DNA of 63,677 nucleotides, filler included, from Stramenopiles sp. TOSAG23-3 (taxonomy: Eukaryota): assembly GCA_900128585.1 (NCBI GenBank). It is 5 parts of 5 records of this genome, joined end to end, with 100 filler letters (N's around TTAATTAATTAA, not from the genome) between each part and the next. Parts side by side here need not be neighbours in the genome. Positions count along the whole stretch, not along the records: positions 25,554 to 38,197 come from LT642671.1; positions 38,298 to 50,940 come from LT642672.1; 3 more parts are not named here. One strand, given 5' to 3'. A program made the position numbers and the translations under genes. This document shows positions 28,902 through 41,200 of the stretch, one piece after another (position 1 is the first letter of the stretch; each line of letters starts with the position of its first letter). The notes under the pieces were generated by a model. The model was given only the letters and a program-made list of their open reading frames with translations. It searched no databases and was not told where the DNA came from.

Positions 28902-29044
28902 GCTGTGGAGTCCGGGGAGGTATGCCATTTGATTTAACGCCCCCTGCTTTACCACTGAAACCGCGTAGAGAGAACTTACCCTTACTCTCTTTACTTCAAC
29001 CAAATATAATTTGCTGGGTCTCTACCTATAAAACAACATTTTTT

Positions 29045-29152
29045 ATAAAAAACCAAATTATATAGTATTAAATCTAGGCGTGTTATTTAGAAAAAACCAA
29101 ATTATATAGTATGTTTTAAGACTCTCATTTTAAATCAAGGCGTGTTATTTAG
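29045..29152. repeat. Local duplications between convergent 3' ends
   Basis: AAAAAACCAAATTATATAGTAT occurs twice and AAATC(T/A)AGGCGTGTTATTTAGA occurs twice, interleaved. Confidence 0.75.
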
Positions 29153-29200
29153 ATATTTATCTGAACATATATGACTAAATTTCCAAATTCGTCCTCTTTC

Positions 29201-29758
29201 TTATTTAGGATCTCCCAGGGATAGATCGTCCCACAGAGTCATACCATTGGCGTCTTCGACCGTATCTGTCAGAATTAATATCCAATCGATAATCCACCAG
29301 AGCCCCATACCACCGAAAGTAAATAATTTGAAAATCCCAAGGCAAACGTAACCACTATTTGCACACCCCCGGGAGAGGTAGAACCAGTCGGCCCCAAAGA
29401 ACCCCAGAAATATGGAGAGAAAGAAAGCCGTTTTTTTGCTCAATGCTCTGTATTCACAGGGCTGTTTTACATTTTTTTTCGAGCCTGTTTGTTCCATTGC
29501 GTGCATGTATGGTTCTAAGCACTGGCACGTGCCTTTTGCACTTTTCTCATTATCTGCTGTGCAAGTTCCTTGGCCACAGACGTACTTTTCCGCGTCTTTG
29601 TTGTTTCCGCCCTCCGAAGGTACTTTGCATTCAATTTTGTCAACATTTTTTAGAGGAAGCTTTTCGATGAGATGATACGGTTTATACGGGGCACCATCCA
29701 CACATTGCACACTTGCAAGAAGAGCCAACGAGCAGAAAAAGCCAAACAATGATTTCAT
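29201..29758 (-). CDS. TM2-domain protein with signal peptide and Cys-rich/EGF-like ectodomain
   Basis: SKKTAFFLSIFLGFFGADWFYL..LGIFKLFTFGGMGLWWIIDWILIL..DANG is the TM2 consensus. Confidence 0.92.
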   Translation of the reverse strand: MKSLFGFFCSLALLASVQCVDGAPYKPYHLIEKLPLKNVDKIECKVPSEGGNNKDAEKYVCGQGTCTADNEKSAKGTCQCLEPYMHAMEQTGSKKNVKQPCEYRALSKKTAFFLSIFLGFFGADWFYLSRGCANSGYVCLGIFKLFTFGGMGLWWIIDWILILTDTVEDANGMTLWDDLSLGDPK

Positions 29759-30653
29759 CTTACTGTTCTAACGTTGCTAGTATCAATGTGGCAGCGTAGA
29801 ATCCAACTTCTTCACTTGATTGTTCCTATATTCTTGAAGATTGACTTGTTAAAATAATTCACCAACGGTGTAAATGGCTTTGAAGTTCGAACTAACTATG
29901 TAGGCATGACTTTTCTCTCTCTTATTCATTAAAAACAAATATAATAAATTAATAATCTCGCACGATTGATGCCATGTAGGTATGTTGTTGTGAGAAAGAT
30001 GGCATCTGGCATCATCGATCATTCATTCATTCATCATCAAAACATAATAAAATATATGACGAGAAGCTGTGTTGTTGTGTTATTTACGTCGTAAATATTT
30101 TAATTAGAACTATTTATCATCTAGATAGTATCATATGTACGGTACCGATATACTACATGAATACAGTATCAAAGTAACGAAACATTTTTTGGATCTTTTG
30201 GTGGAAATCCTTTCTTTTCCCTCTTTCCTAATATTTTATTAATAATTTAAGGCAATTGTTTCCTTCTTTCTTCCATATTTCTTTTTTTTGATATAACCAT
30301 TCACTTATCATTTGACCAATTAAATAATGAATGGAAAACGTTGAAATAATACGGCTTTCCATCCAATTTGATATTATTCTCAGAGAAGAGGCCAGCTATC
30401 TCTCTTATTACAAACCGAAATAATTCAAAATAATTGAGCTGATGGGTGGGTGATGCTGTACTGATGTTGAAATTGTATTACAACGACATAACAGCTGCGC
30501 TTGAGTATATCACAATACTGTCTAGGTGGTTAAAACAATATAATAAAAGGGTAAAAATTATTTTCTCACACGACATCATTAATTATAATTTATGGTCCAC
30601 ATATTTTCCAAATGTATTTCATCAATGTAAACGTTCACTTATTGACCATGGGA

Positions 30654-32906
30654 TCAAGCCAAGTAGTTGTACATTTTTCTATCGTCCCGGTGTCTTTCCA
30701 AGTATTCCCGCTCAATCAAGCTTTCAATCCTTTTCTTGATAACGTGTGGTGACGGGGAGCATTTGTTCGCCAGTTGTTTGGACACTTCTGCGACCAGGGT
30801 ATTGTGGTCCAGGGTTTTCCTAGTTTTCATGACGCGAACTATTGCCGCCTCTATGGCATGCCTGCGGTCTTGCTGGACTGCCTTCGGGATCGCGTGACCT
30901 CGTCCTCCTGAGGAGCTACTACTGCTGGATTTTGAGATGGTGACGAGGGGAATCCTGACACGGAACAACTTGCTCTTAAAATCTGGGTTCAGCCTGAAAA
31001 CGTCCGTGGACTTGATGCCTTTGCCGTCCGGTACCTTGCGTAGAATCCGGAATTTTGGCATGACGAGAGAAATTAGGTGCCGCTTCAAATCGTCCTTGGG
31101 AATCTTGGTAGTGTTCATAATGTCTTCGAACGTATACTCCAAACCATTGTTGTACAAATCCAAGACACACATTTGGTACGTGCTCACGTTCAACTCGTGC
31201 TTCTTCTTAAAGCAAAGCGCCTTCACGTCTACGGTACCCATGTTACACTGCCACGCCAATTTGCGCCCGGAATGATTTTCTAAATAAAACTCTTTGAACC
31301 GATCCGCCAACAACTGCATCCCTTTTGGAAAAACGCACTGGGGCACGGGCGGTGTCGGCCAAAAACCAGATGTCAGCACCTTTACATCCAGGTCAACATA
31401 ATCCTTGCCTTCCCCCCCCCTGGCCGAGTATTTCGATTTTAGGAACGTTGACAGGATGTCTTGGGAAATGTGTACATCCTTAAACATTCCTTCCATACGC
31501 TGCGTAAACTGGTAACCGCACTCTTTCTTCAGCTTGCTAATCATACTACGCTCAGCGTCCTCGCTAACGCTCCGCCCACTTAACATTCGCTTTGACAAAT
31601 GCTGTTTGTAAAAATTTTCGAAGACATCTTTGTCTTGAAGGTACCGGAAGATAACAACCACCTTGTCTAATTGATCCTCGACATCACTCTCGCTCATGCC
31701 TTTTACCTTCTTCTTTAACAAGTGGTCGACGTACATGCTCAAGTACTGAGCGCATCGGCTATCCTCGTTTATGAAGCGTTCGAACGCCTCCTTGAGGGTT
31801 CGTTCGAACACTTTGTCCATTTCAAACGACGCGAATACTATCTTTTCAAACTTATCCCTCATTTTTAGCACGGCATCGACAAAACCGACAGGGTCCTTCG
31901 TCTTCTCTTCATCTTTCACCAACCGCTGACCTTTTGCATACGCGTATTCAGACAAGGCGCCCTGGATATACTTCAAGGTGTTGACGCTTTGGTTTCGCTG
32001 ATCAACGCCTTTGAACAAAGAGTACATGCGCTTCAAGTCATCCAGCTTTTCGTCCTTGAACATTGCGATGCATCCACTATTTTCCATATCTACCAACACC
32101 TTGGCCTTGTCAGAAATAAGTTCTTTTTGAACAATACTAATCAATTTCGACTCCGTCGACGAATCGAGGTAACGCGCAAGGCGTTCTTCTTCCTCTTTCA
32201 ACCGCTGCTCTGCCTTCATTAGGTAATCCGGGCAAGTGTTTTTCACAATGTAGTCTTGCGATTCCGAGAGATAGAACTGCGCCGTTGCTTGCAGAAAGTG
32301 CTTTTCGAAATCTTGCTGGTATACTTCGCGCGTATGGGCGTTAAAATTAACCCCTAGGGCCACGAGCATGGCCAAAATGTTCTTAATAAGGCTATGGTCG
32401 ATCACTTCTCCCGCACGCTCCCTCTCAACCTTGTGCAAAAGTAACTCTAGCAGTCTATCTTTCACTTGCGGGTGTCTTGCGATTTCAGACAAAAATATTT
32501 TCAGGCCCAGGTTGTAAACGTGGTCCTTCTTCTGCTGCTTTACATACGTCCGGTCCATGTACATCAAAATATCGTGAATCATGACCATGGTGTTCGTGTG
32601 CTTGTCCCACGCCTGGTTCAACGTTTGTAGGAGGTTATCATCGCTACTCTGGGCGACAGTTTCTCCTACGGAACGTAGGTGCAACTTTACTTGCTCCGAG
32701 ACCCCGCGGTACAACATATCCCCGTGTTTTTGCAGCACAAGGTTGTACGCATTTCTATACAGCTCCTCAAAACTCAAGGCACTGGCCCTCTCTTTGTGGA
32801 TCTCCTTAATGGCACTCCTAAGTGCCCTCCAGATGCTTTCGGCTTTCTGGGCGTCCCACTGAGCCTTCGGCCGAAAAGGTTTGATCGACTTCTTTTTCGA
32901 GCTCAT
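30654..32906 (-). CDS. CUL3: Cullin-3
   Basis: LSFEELYRNAYNLVLQKHG; DILMYMDRTYV; DKDVFENFYKQHLSKR; KLKKECGYQFT; neddylation domain IEAAIVRVMKTRK..IKKRIESLIEREYLER..YNYLA. Confidence 0.96.
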   Translation of the reverse strand: MSSKKKSIKPFRPKAQWDAQKAESIWRALRSAIKEIHKERASALSFEELYRNAYNLVLQKHGDMLYRGVSEQVKLHLRSVGETVAQSSDDNLLQTLNQAWDKHTNTMVMIHDILMYMDRTYVKQQKKDHVYNLGLKIFLSEIARHPQVKDRLLELLLHKVERERAGEVIDHSLIKNILAMLVALGVNFNAHTREVYQQDFEKHFLQATAQFYLSESQDYIVKNTCPDYLMKAEQRLKEEEERLARYLDSSTESKLISIVQKELISDKAKVLVDMENSGCIAMFKDEKLDDLKRMYSLFKGVDQRNQSVNTLKYIQGALSEYAYAKGQRLVKDEEKTKDPVGFVDAVLKMRDKFEKIVFASFEMDKVFERTLKEAFERFINEDSRCAQYLSMYVDHLLKKKVKGMSESDVEDQLDKVVVIFRYLQDKDVFENFYKQHLSKRMLSGRSVSEDAERSMISKLKKECGYQFTQRMEGMFKDVHISQDILSTFLKSKYSARGGEGKDYVDLDVKVLTSGFWPTPPVPQCVFPKGMQLLADRFKEFYLENHSGRKLAWQCNMGTVDVKALCFKKKHELNVSTYQMCVLDLYNNGLEYTFEDIMNTTKIPKDDLKRHLISLVMPKFRILRKVPDGKGIKSTDVFRLNPDFKSKLFRVRIPLVTISKSSSSSSSGGRGHAIPKAVQQDRRHAIEAAIVRVMKTRKTLDHNTLVAEVSKQLANKCSPSPHVIKKRIESLIEREYLERHRDDRKMYNYLA

Positions 32907-34006
32907 GGTTGAGCAAACGCAAAAACAGGGTTTTCCTTCAATATACGTTTCACGGTGCCTGGTGTTCCAGAAAAATTACACCCAATGGATCACGTAAACT
33001 ATTGAGGACGTTTATCCGTTTCTTTCCCAAAGAAAGTTTTGCTTGCAATTTGCAATTGGATGTCTATGGACTAAACACACAAGAAGTAATGATCCTGTAA
33101 AGCTGAAGGGCAGAATAACTACTAAATGAAATGCAAATGATTGTGTGTATTGTTGTTCTATTGTAATAATAATAATAATAATACAATATATAATTATTAT
33201 TAATTAGCATATTAATAGTAGTGGAAGAAAAGAAGAAGAGATTTATTAGATTTTTGTGATTTTGAATGAGTGTAATTTAAATAGTAAGGTATTATTGAAA
33301 TAAAAAATATTATATTTCAATAGTACAAATACTATTATTGTTATTTATTATTTCAAACCATTTTATATAACCCTTAATTAAACATCTATAAGAAAAACGA
33401 TTTTGAGCTTTGGAATTCTCAGAAAAAGAAAAGAAAACATCATTAAGAAACAGTGCTGTGAACCAACATACACACACACACAAAAACACCAACGTATCAC
33501 TTCAGATGAAATAAAACTTGGAATACCTGGTAGTAATGTACATTAACCTGTACCTATCGAAATCTGATGATGGAAGAAAACGAGAATAAAATAATATTAA
33601 ATGTCATTGGAATAGCAGCTTTCAAGAGAAGACGACAACAAAATTAAAAAAGAAAAAAAACGGTATTGTACATTAATGTCATTATAACTATAGTGAGATA
33701 GGAGTCTACCGATCCAAGAAGAAGAAGAAGAAGAAGAAAAAATAAAACACTACGTACCGGAAGGTACCCTACCAGTCATCAGCCTAGCACTCCTGGATGG
33801 TGGCGCACCATATTTTTTACTCCTCCGTAGTAGTTGGAAGTACAGAAGAAGTCTCTCTTAATCAATTTGTTCATTGATTGACCAAAACCATCAATGTCAA
33901 CTTTACAAAATTTTCAACTAAACCAACCGGGAAAAGCCTTCACATTCACACACAACACTATTGTTTGAAGATCAAGAATATAAGGATAAGAAAAGAACAC
34001 TTTACG

Positions 34007-34645
34007 ATGAAGTTATTCGGTGCATTGCTGGTTACTTTAATGGCGTCCAGTGCCTGCGTGGGCAGTTCGCAGGTTCTTACTGGCAGTTCTAGTGGGGATT
34101 TTGTAATGCTTGGGTCCTTGTGCTTCCCACCAGGTGCTGATGACCAAGTCACGATCACCACAACAACAACAACGAGCAATCAAATGATTTTGTTCTTTGA
34201 CGACCAATCCTCTTCCTTCGGGGACATTAATGCGGGTTCCTCCACAAAGAGTTGCCACGAAAGAGAAACCTTGGCGCGGAAAATTTGTAAGGGGGACAAC
34301 TGCCAGCTCGGGTACCAAGTTCCAACAGGGCTGAATACGCACTACACTATCGACATTAGTGAAACATTTGCCCGCAGGTGGTATTTTGTTTTATCAAACT
34401 GCCAAAAGGATGGGGACTCGTACAAAGCAGAGGCTGCCGATTTGTCCAGTTTTAAGATATCTTCCGACGCCGCAATTGACTGTGCCAAGCTTGATACGGA
34501 AGAGTCAGTGGCTGGTTATGTCGTCGCTATTGTATTTTTGTCGGTCATTGTACTCGGGTTGGGGTACGTTGCTTTCTACATGTACAAGCGCAATGATGTT
34601 CCTGCTCCGATGTCCACTGACAAAGTAGGCTACAACACTCTATGA
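34007..34645 (+). CDS. Single-pass type I membrane protein with a GPR180/TMEM145-like luminal domain
   Basis: Signal peptide from ATG 34007; FVMLGSLCF near the N-terminus; RRWYFVLSNC motif; one C-terminal TM; cytosolic tail ending YNTL (Yxx-phi). Confidence 0.65.
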   Translation: MKLFGALLVTLMASSACVGSSQVLTGSSSGDFVMLGSLCFPPGADDQVTITTTTTTSNQMILFFDDQSSSFGDINAGSSTKSCHERETLARKICKGDNCQLGYQVPTGLNTHYTIDISETFARRWYFVLSNCQKDGDSYKAEAADLSSFKISSDAAIDCAKLDTEESVAGYVVAIVFLSVIVLGLGYVAFYMYKRNDVPAPMSTDKVGYNTL

Positions 34646-34775
34646 GACAGCTGATAGGTATGCGCAACGGAACGCCCGGGGAGATCAAGGAGAGCCGCAA
34701 CAGATTTTGTTTTGAAAGAGAAGGCTGTGGTGTAAATTTGATTTAATTAACCTCTTCTCTTTAAATGTTAAAACA

Positions 34776-34809
34776 AAAAACAAGAAAATTGGCTGTTATT
34801 TTAAGTAAT
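34776..34809 (+). repeat. Dispersed repeat, module A copy
   Basis: AAAAACAAGAAAATTGGCTGTTATTTTAAGTAAT, essentially identical to the copies at 4368-4428. Confidence 0.88.
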
Positions 34810-35040
34810 GAAAATTAATGTACTGCGAACTGAAATCAAAACAAATAAATGGCTTCTCTGTTATTGGATTAATGTACGAAGTAAAATCAAAATTATTTTA
34901 ACGGCCATTACAGATTGAAGAGCAAAAAAAAGGCGAGTAAATCGTATGAAAAAGGATAATTCACAGCTAGATTTACCTTACTTTTGCCAGACCAGCCCCG
35001 CAACCTGCCAGGGGACCCCCCCCCTGAGCAAAATATTTCC

Positions 35041-36801
35041 TCAGCTTGCCAGCTGTTTGATCAGCTCTTCTAATTTCTCGACTTTGCGCCGCCGCTTCTC
35101 TTTCGGTTTAAATGAACGCTTAATTCTCCTTGCAAATGGTGGAAGGTTTAGTTTACTACAGAAAGGATCATATCCCAACGGCATTTCAATCCCCCCATGG
35201 AGCATTTGGTTCGCAGCGTTTTCGTTGCTATCTGCTCTAGACTCAATAGAAACGGCTTCGTCGTGGTAAAACCTTGCCTTGACAAGATGCTTCTCTGCTT
35301 CTTCAATGCAGTCGAATGCATGCCGTACCCACTGCCCATACTCTGACTCACTCTTCTTTTTCAATGCTTCAATTTCTGCTTTTGTTTTCTTTTTTTTCTT
35401 CTTCTTTGCCTCTTTTTGTTCTTTCGTTTCTTTTAACACCAACACCCCCGTTTCAACGCGAATCGTATTGGCGCGGATTTTCTCATAAATGTAAGAAATT
35501 TTCTTTTTTCCGCAAAAATTTTCAAGCTCTATGTCGTACGCTATCTGCAGCGTTTTAAACTTCCACTTTAGGGCGTCGCTGTAAGCATCTTCGCATTTCT
35601 CAATCATCTTGAAGCATTTGTCAATTTGCTTCAAACATTCTCCCAAGTACTCAATTTTCTCCGTTCCACTTGGCACTCCTTTGGCCAAACTCAGTGTCGC
35701 AACAGCTTCGTTCAAAATTTCTTGACTATTTACTGTCAATTTTAACGCCTTCTCCTCCGCAATTTCCACGCACCGTACCGCACGCTTCGCCGCGTTCACT
35801 CGCGAAAGCCTGTAATCTCGCATTTTTTGAAGGGCCTCTTCCCCCCTCATTTTGGCAATAAACTCTGCTTCGTTCTTGGCACGTATGGCTCTATTTCGTG
35901 CCTCCTCTTCAGCCAGCTTTCGGTTTCGTTCCTCCTCGGTTTTCATTTCTTCAAGCAGACTCTGTATCCTATACAGCTCGGTCTCAAGGCCCTTTTGTGT
36001 CTCAAATTTTTTCAACCGCTCTTTGTCTAAAGTCTTCTTTTTTTCCCTCCAGTTCCTTTGAAGACACAAACATGCTCGCTCTTTCGTCACTGGGGGTCCT
36101 GATTCTAGCAACATACTGTGCTTGTAGCTGGACACCGAACGAAAGAACAAGCTTTTGACTTTGCTAGCTTTTTTATTCAACCCCGCCCATTTCAAAAAGT
36201 CGTAAATATCTGCCCGACCTAGCGCCTGAGACATGGCGATAGGTCCAACCCCATTATTGTCTATTTGGTTTAGGACTTGTGGGTAAACGTCAGTAACGTA
36301 CCTGTACAAAAATTTTATGACGTCCAGGCTGTCACCAAGTACTGCATAGTGTGTGACCCCGCCCATGTTGTTGTCTACGTCATGGAACTTGAAGTTATCG
36401 TGATGCTTCAGCATCCATTTCAGCATACCAACCTTCCCACTGAATGCTGCCATATGTACCACCGTTTGACCAGTTTCTAGAACATGGTCTTGTGGGAACG
36501 CTCCGTGGTGAAACAAGTACTTCATTAGCGGCAAGTCCCCCCTCTTTGCAGCATAGTGGGCCAACCCGACCTCAGCGTCGTTCTCCCCACGGTATTGCAA
36601 GTCTGCGCCTAGTTTATGAAGGTGTTTAATTTCAAGAAAGTTACCAGAAGACCCCGCGGACAACAGTCGCTCGTTGATAGATAAAAGAGGACGCTTTCTT
36701 TCCCAATCGCACTTGTCGACAAACGTCTGGTTCAGTAGAAACTCCCGAAAAGTGCTGGACCTGTCCTCATAGTTTGCGTTTGATGTCGCTGCTTCTGGCA
36801 T
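35041..36801 (-). CDS. Ankyrin-repeat protein with IQ-like motif and long coiled coil
   Basis: HYAAKRGDLPLMKYL, GQTVVHMAAFSGKVGMLKWM and HYAVLGDSLDVIKFL ankyrin repeats; ACLCLQRNWRE IQ-like segment; E/K/R-rich helices. Confidence 0.82.
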   Translation of the reverse strand: MPEAATSNANYEDRSSTFREFLLNQTFVDKCDWERKRPLLSINERLLSAGSSGNFLEIKHLHKLGADLQYRGENDAEVGLAHYAAKRGDLPLMKYLFHHGAFPQDHVLETGQTVVHMAAFSGKVGMLKWMLKHHDNFKFHDVDNNMGGVTHYAVLGDSLDVIKFLYRYVTDVYPQVLNQIDNNGVGPIAMSQALGRADIYDFLKWAGLNKKASKVKSLFFRSVSSYKHSMLLESGPPVTKERACLCLQRNWREKKKTLDKERLKKFETQKGLETELYRIQSLLEEMKTEEERNRKLAEEEARNRAIRAKNEAEFIAKMRGEEALQKMRDYRLSRVNAAKRAVRCVEIAEEKALKLTVNSQEILNEAVATLSLAKGVPSGTEKIEYLGECLKQIDKCFKMIEKCEDAYSDALKWKFKTLQIAYDIELENFCGKKKISYIYEKIRANTIRVETGVLVLKETKEQKEAKKKKKKKTKAEIEALKKKSESEYGQWVRHAFDCIEEAEKHLVKARFYHDEAVSIESRADSNENAANQMLHGGIEMPLGYDPFCSKLNLPPFARRIKRSFKPKEKRRRKVEKLEELIKQLAS

Positions 36802-37645
36802 GATGCCTTCACCCCGCAGCTGAAGTGGCGCGCTGCTTCCGGTGTTTTCTTTTGCACGTTTTCTTCTGGGCGTTTCAAGCCCCTTATTTGCCCAATCATT
36901 CTATTTTATTCCTCTGTAAAACAACTTTAGTGAGGTTCACATGACGAATATTACTTCGATTTAATATGAATTTACTCAATATTATTATTAGTTATATAGT
37001 AAAAGAAAACATTTTATTATTATTTACTGCTACTATATAATATACCCCCTTTACACGGTAGCATAGCAGCAACAACAACAACAGCCAACAGCAAAACAAA
37101 ATGCCTTGATGTTGTGCTTATAATACATCATCATATCGTCATTGAGACTCACTTTTGATAAATAGTCGTTCTAATAATGTACAATAATGTTGTATAGAGA
37201 ATTGATAATATATTATTATAACGGTTTGTTGTTTTTTGTTGCTAAAAAAAAAGGCACCGCTAGAAGACTAATAAAGACTATATTATATTCGTTAACAATT
37301 GCGTTTTCTTAAAGCTGTGGCCTAATATGATTTGGTAGACTACCGAACTTCTATTTAATTAGATATCATTAGCACAGCATTATTAGAATCAGCAAATAAC
37401 AATAAAAGTGAAGAACACCCCGCCTCCTCTGTTATTACTACTTGGTATTACAAGAAGAAGAACAACCAACGATTATGAACGAATCGAAGTGCAAAATAAA
37501 ATAAAAGTGCGTGTGTGACTACAGGGTAAAGCGTTTTGGAGGACTTCTGTTGTTTCTAAAAGAATATTTAAAAACCAATCACAAACTATATACTGTACTG
37601 GTGTCTCCGTACTGTTTATAGTCCCTGGGGTAATTCTGTCACAGT

Positions 37646-38197
37646 ATGAGCGACACTTTTCACCCGGCCACCTTTTGCAGGGTGTACCTGGTCAGTGGCA
37701 CGTCAACGACAGTTCCTCCCCGGCCACTGCATATAGAATGTCAGATGGTGCCCTTAGAAGAAGGATCTGATACCATAACTGTGGGAAGATCCGCAGAGAT
37801 GTTTTTCACCGAGAAAGAGAACGATAATTTTGAAATACAAGTAGGAGAGTTGATAGATTTGGTTTGGACAATGTATGATATGGACCGAGACAATGTGTTG
37901 AACGCCAAAGAGCTGAAGAATCTAATTAACGATTACACTGAACACCCCGTAAGCGAAGAAAATGCTCTTACGTTCTTACAGAGTATCGACGAAGATGGGG
38001 ACAACGTTATTGAGCGGTCAGAACTCTCCCACTTCATAGAAAAAGGCTTAAGAATGTCACAGAAAACCAGAAAAACCTATCGCGACCGCGGTGAGTTTCA
38101 CAAAACGGTAGTTGAATTTTTTGAAGGGGTTGATAAGCAGCGAAAACTTCTTGCTGAAGAGCGTCGGCTAGAGCATCTCAGCAAATTAAATAGAACC
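37646..38197 (+). CDS. EF-hand protein (3'-truncated by the contig end)
   Basis: Two canonical EF loops, DMDRDNVLNAKE and DEDGDNVIERSE. Confidence 0.82.
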
Positions 38198-38297
38198 NNN
38201 NNNNNNNNNNNNNNNNNNNNNNNNNNNNNNNNNNNNNNNNNTTAATTAATTAANNNNNNNNNNNNNNNNNNNNNNNNNNNNNNNNNNNNNNNNNNNN
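38198..38297. other. Artificial contig-joining spacer
   Basis: 44 N + TTAATTAATTAA + 44 N. Confidence 0.98.
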
Positions 38298-41200
38298 TGG
38301 AACCCCCCCCCCCCCCATCTGCACCATTTGCAGTTGGGCAATCACCTCCTCTTCCACGCTGTCCACCATTTCCGTTTCCACCGGAGCGGCTACTAATGCC
38401 ACCGAGACCGCCGGCGTTCTTGGTACCTCCTTTTCCACCAGTACCATCTCTAGTTGTTGGGCCCGCACAGTCCTTATCGGGCCCTCCTTGCCCGCCGCCG
38501 CCAACGCCACCAATGCCCGAAGTATTGGCTTCCCCATCACTGTTGCCACCGCCACCTCCAGCTTCCATGAGCAATACATCATTTAACAAAATTGCAGAGG
38601 AACCGCCGCCTCCTCCTCCTTTGCGCATCCCAGCATTACTCTGGCCATTGCAACCTGTGATTAGTTTTAAAGTCCCATTCGCATGAAATCTTCCTCTGAT
38701 GATACCACCCGTTGCCACAATCTTGTGGAGGTGATGCTGCCCCTCACCCCCACAAGCCCCGGCAACAGTGACCTCTACATCCATATTTGATATATCCAGC
38801 ACGTATATATTACATTGTCCATAAACTTGGTCAAACAACGTTGATCGAAATCGAAATGCGCCGCCTTTAGATTTAGATGGCGACATTGATTCAGCATAAT
38901 TATTATGCAGGACCGATTCCGATATAACAAGGTCTGTGTTCTCACTGTAGACTCCACCGCCGCCCTCGAACGTGGCTACATTGCCCATCAAAATACTGTT
39001 ATTCAGTTCAACGGTGCTTCCCATTATCGAGTACAGCCCCCCCCCCCCCAGGGTTGCCCTATTGTTGACCAAATCACATGCGGTCAAAGTTACTCGACCA
39101 TCTCGGAGAGAAATAGCGCCACCCCTGTCAGCAGTATTACCATGAAAAACAGAGGAAATGGCGCGAAATGTCGATGAGTTGTCATGTATTGATACAGCGC
39201 CCCCTCTTCCATCGTCGAGTTCCATGCCTTCTGCCATTCTAGATATGTATGACGGCGGAAAGGCAAAATTGTATATGTTTCCCTCAATGATTGTTCCTGG
39301 AAACAAATCGTCCAAGGTCGCTCCATCAGATGAGTATACTGCGCCTAAAACAAGCTCATCGGGGGATACTATACCGATAGAATCGCTCCAAGATCCCGTG
39401 AATGAAGCGCTACAACTTAGTCGGCCATTGATATATAATTTGAATGTTTTGTACTCCCGGACAAGTGTCACATGGGAGCGCTGATTAAGTGGTAATGGTT
39501 TTGATGAAGTTAATTGGTGATTGTCATATACAGATGGATCCACCTGGCACGATATCGACCTTGTGTAACCCGACGGCGTCGGGAGCACATGAAAATAAAT
39601 GTGTCCATCGGGCTGTGCCGCTAGGTAAAATCCAGTGTCTACATTCACTCTGTGCCGACTTAAAATCGTTCCTGATCGCGATGATGGATTCACAAGGGCA
39701 GTAAAAGTAAAGTCTTGTGAAAACGCATGCCACCCTGACGGTTCCACAATGCCTGCGTGTGCGTAGAAAGGTAGAAATTTGACTTTGCGGGTGTTCAAAA
39801 CATCTTCAGGTCCACGGAGCAACACGTGATATTCACAATCTTGAGTCGTCGTGAAATCATTTCCAACCGAATACGACAGCCTGCATACAGTGCTGTCATT
39901 GTACCAGTCAATGCTTTTACAGAGCTTATTTGCAACGCAAGCATGTTTGCATGCTTGCAAAGACACGCCTCCAACGTTAAAATCATTCTTGTTGGTCAAA
40001 CAACCGGAGATATACGAATCAGGCTGTGTCCATAAAATTGCCGTTGCGTGTCCTTTGGTCAAGTTCACATGTTTTATCACCAAGGCCCCACCACTTTCCA
40101 CCTTGAACAGACGGTTATTCCCGCTGCCGATTATCTTTGGCATGGTGCCGAGGGCATCCGGGACCCCGATCACGGTCAACGAACTGGTTACAACAATTTC
40201 CTGGTCAAGAACACAATCTTGCGTCATCGTCACTGTGCCGGAAGCCGGAAGGCACCGCGTTTTGCAGTTGACACCTTGGTTTGGATTCAATTTAGCCTGG
40301 CAAGTGGAGTAAAGGCCGTACCCGTAGTCGGCGCACTGGACTGGGTCGTCGATACAGGATTTAGGAGGATGTCGCATGAAACTATTCAGTGGCAAAGCAA
40401 CATTTATAAAGTAGATATTTTCTGATAATCCATCTGAAATTGCGGTTGCTCGGACTTGAGCATTGATTGTATGAACGCCATACCCTAATACCCCGCAGTC
40501 GGTTGCTACAGGAACACTATCAGTGGGGGAAGACCAGAAACTCTCTATATTGTGAGTTTCACACGAGCCAGTGGGTTCTTTATAACGACTTTCAATGGCA
40601 ATAATACTAACTTTCCCATGTGCCAGAATCGTTTTAGTCAGTACCATCTTACAGGTCGAGGTCGAACGAAAATAAAATAACCATTTTGAGGAATCTGTGG
40701 ACATTCGGTGAGCATTTGCGTGAAAGCTTTTAGTGCCGAGTTTTATATGCATCCCACACATTTTTGCGCCAATCAGATATATATCGTTGGTTTCGATACC
40801 CTGGTTGACACTACCCTGAAATTCGGTCTTATTTATTTTATTCACAGACGTCATCTTTTCCGTTTCAATTGTAGAGAAACTTGTACCCCCCCCAGTCAAG
40901 TTCAAACTCTTCAACACCAGCACCCCACCGCTCTCCACCTTGAACAGACGGTTATTCCCGCTGCCGATTATCTTTGGCATGGTGCCGAGGACATCCAGGA
41001 CCCCAGTGACGGCCAACGAACTGGTGACAACGGCTTCGGCGCTCATCGTACAGTCCGCATTCAAAAAGAAATCCCCAGTCGCCGCGGCACAATCCCACTG
41101 CGGTTTTGTCGGCAGACACGACTCAATGGACGGTGGCAAAAATGTGGCAGAAACAACTTGTTTGTACAGGTCCGTGGGGCACGTAATGGAACTATTGTAC

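Noticed and set aside
28899-29000. Selenocysteine/readthrough at the TGA of the acidic secreted protein
   Set aside because: No redox motif, only a short extension before the next stop, and no convincing SECIS seen.
15843-32906. F-box plus cullin as a linked ubiquitin-ligase cluster
   Set aside because: They are on different contigs, and CUL3 uses BTB rather than F-box adaptors.
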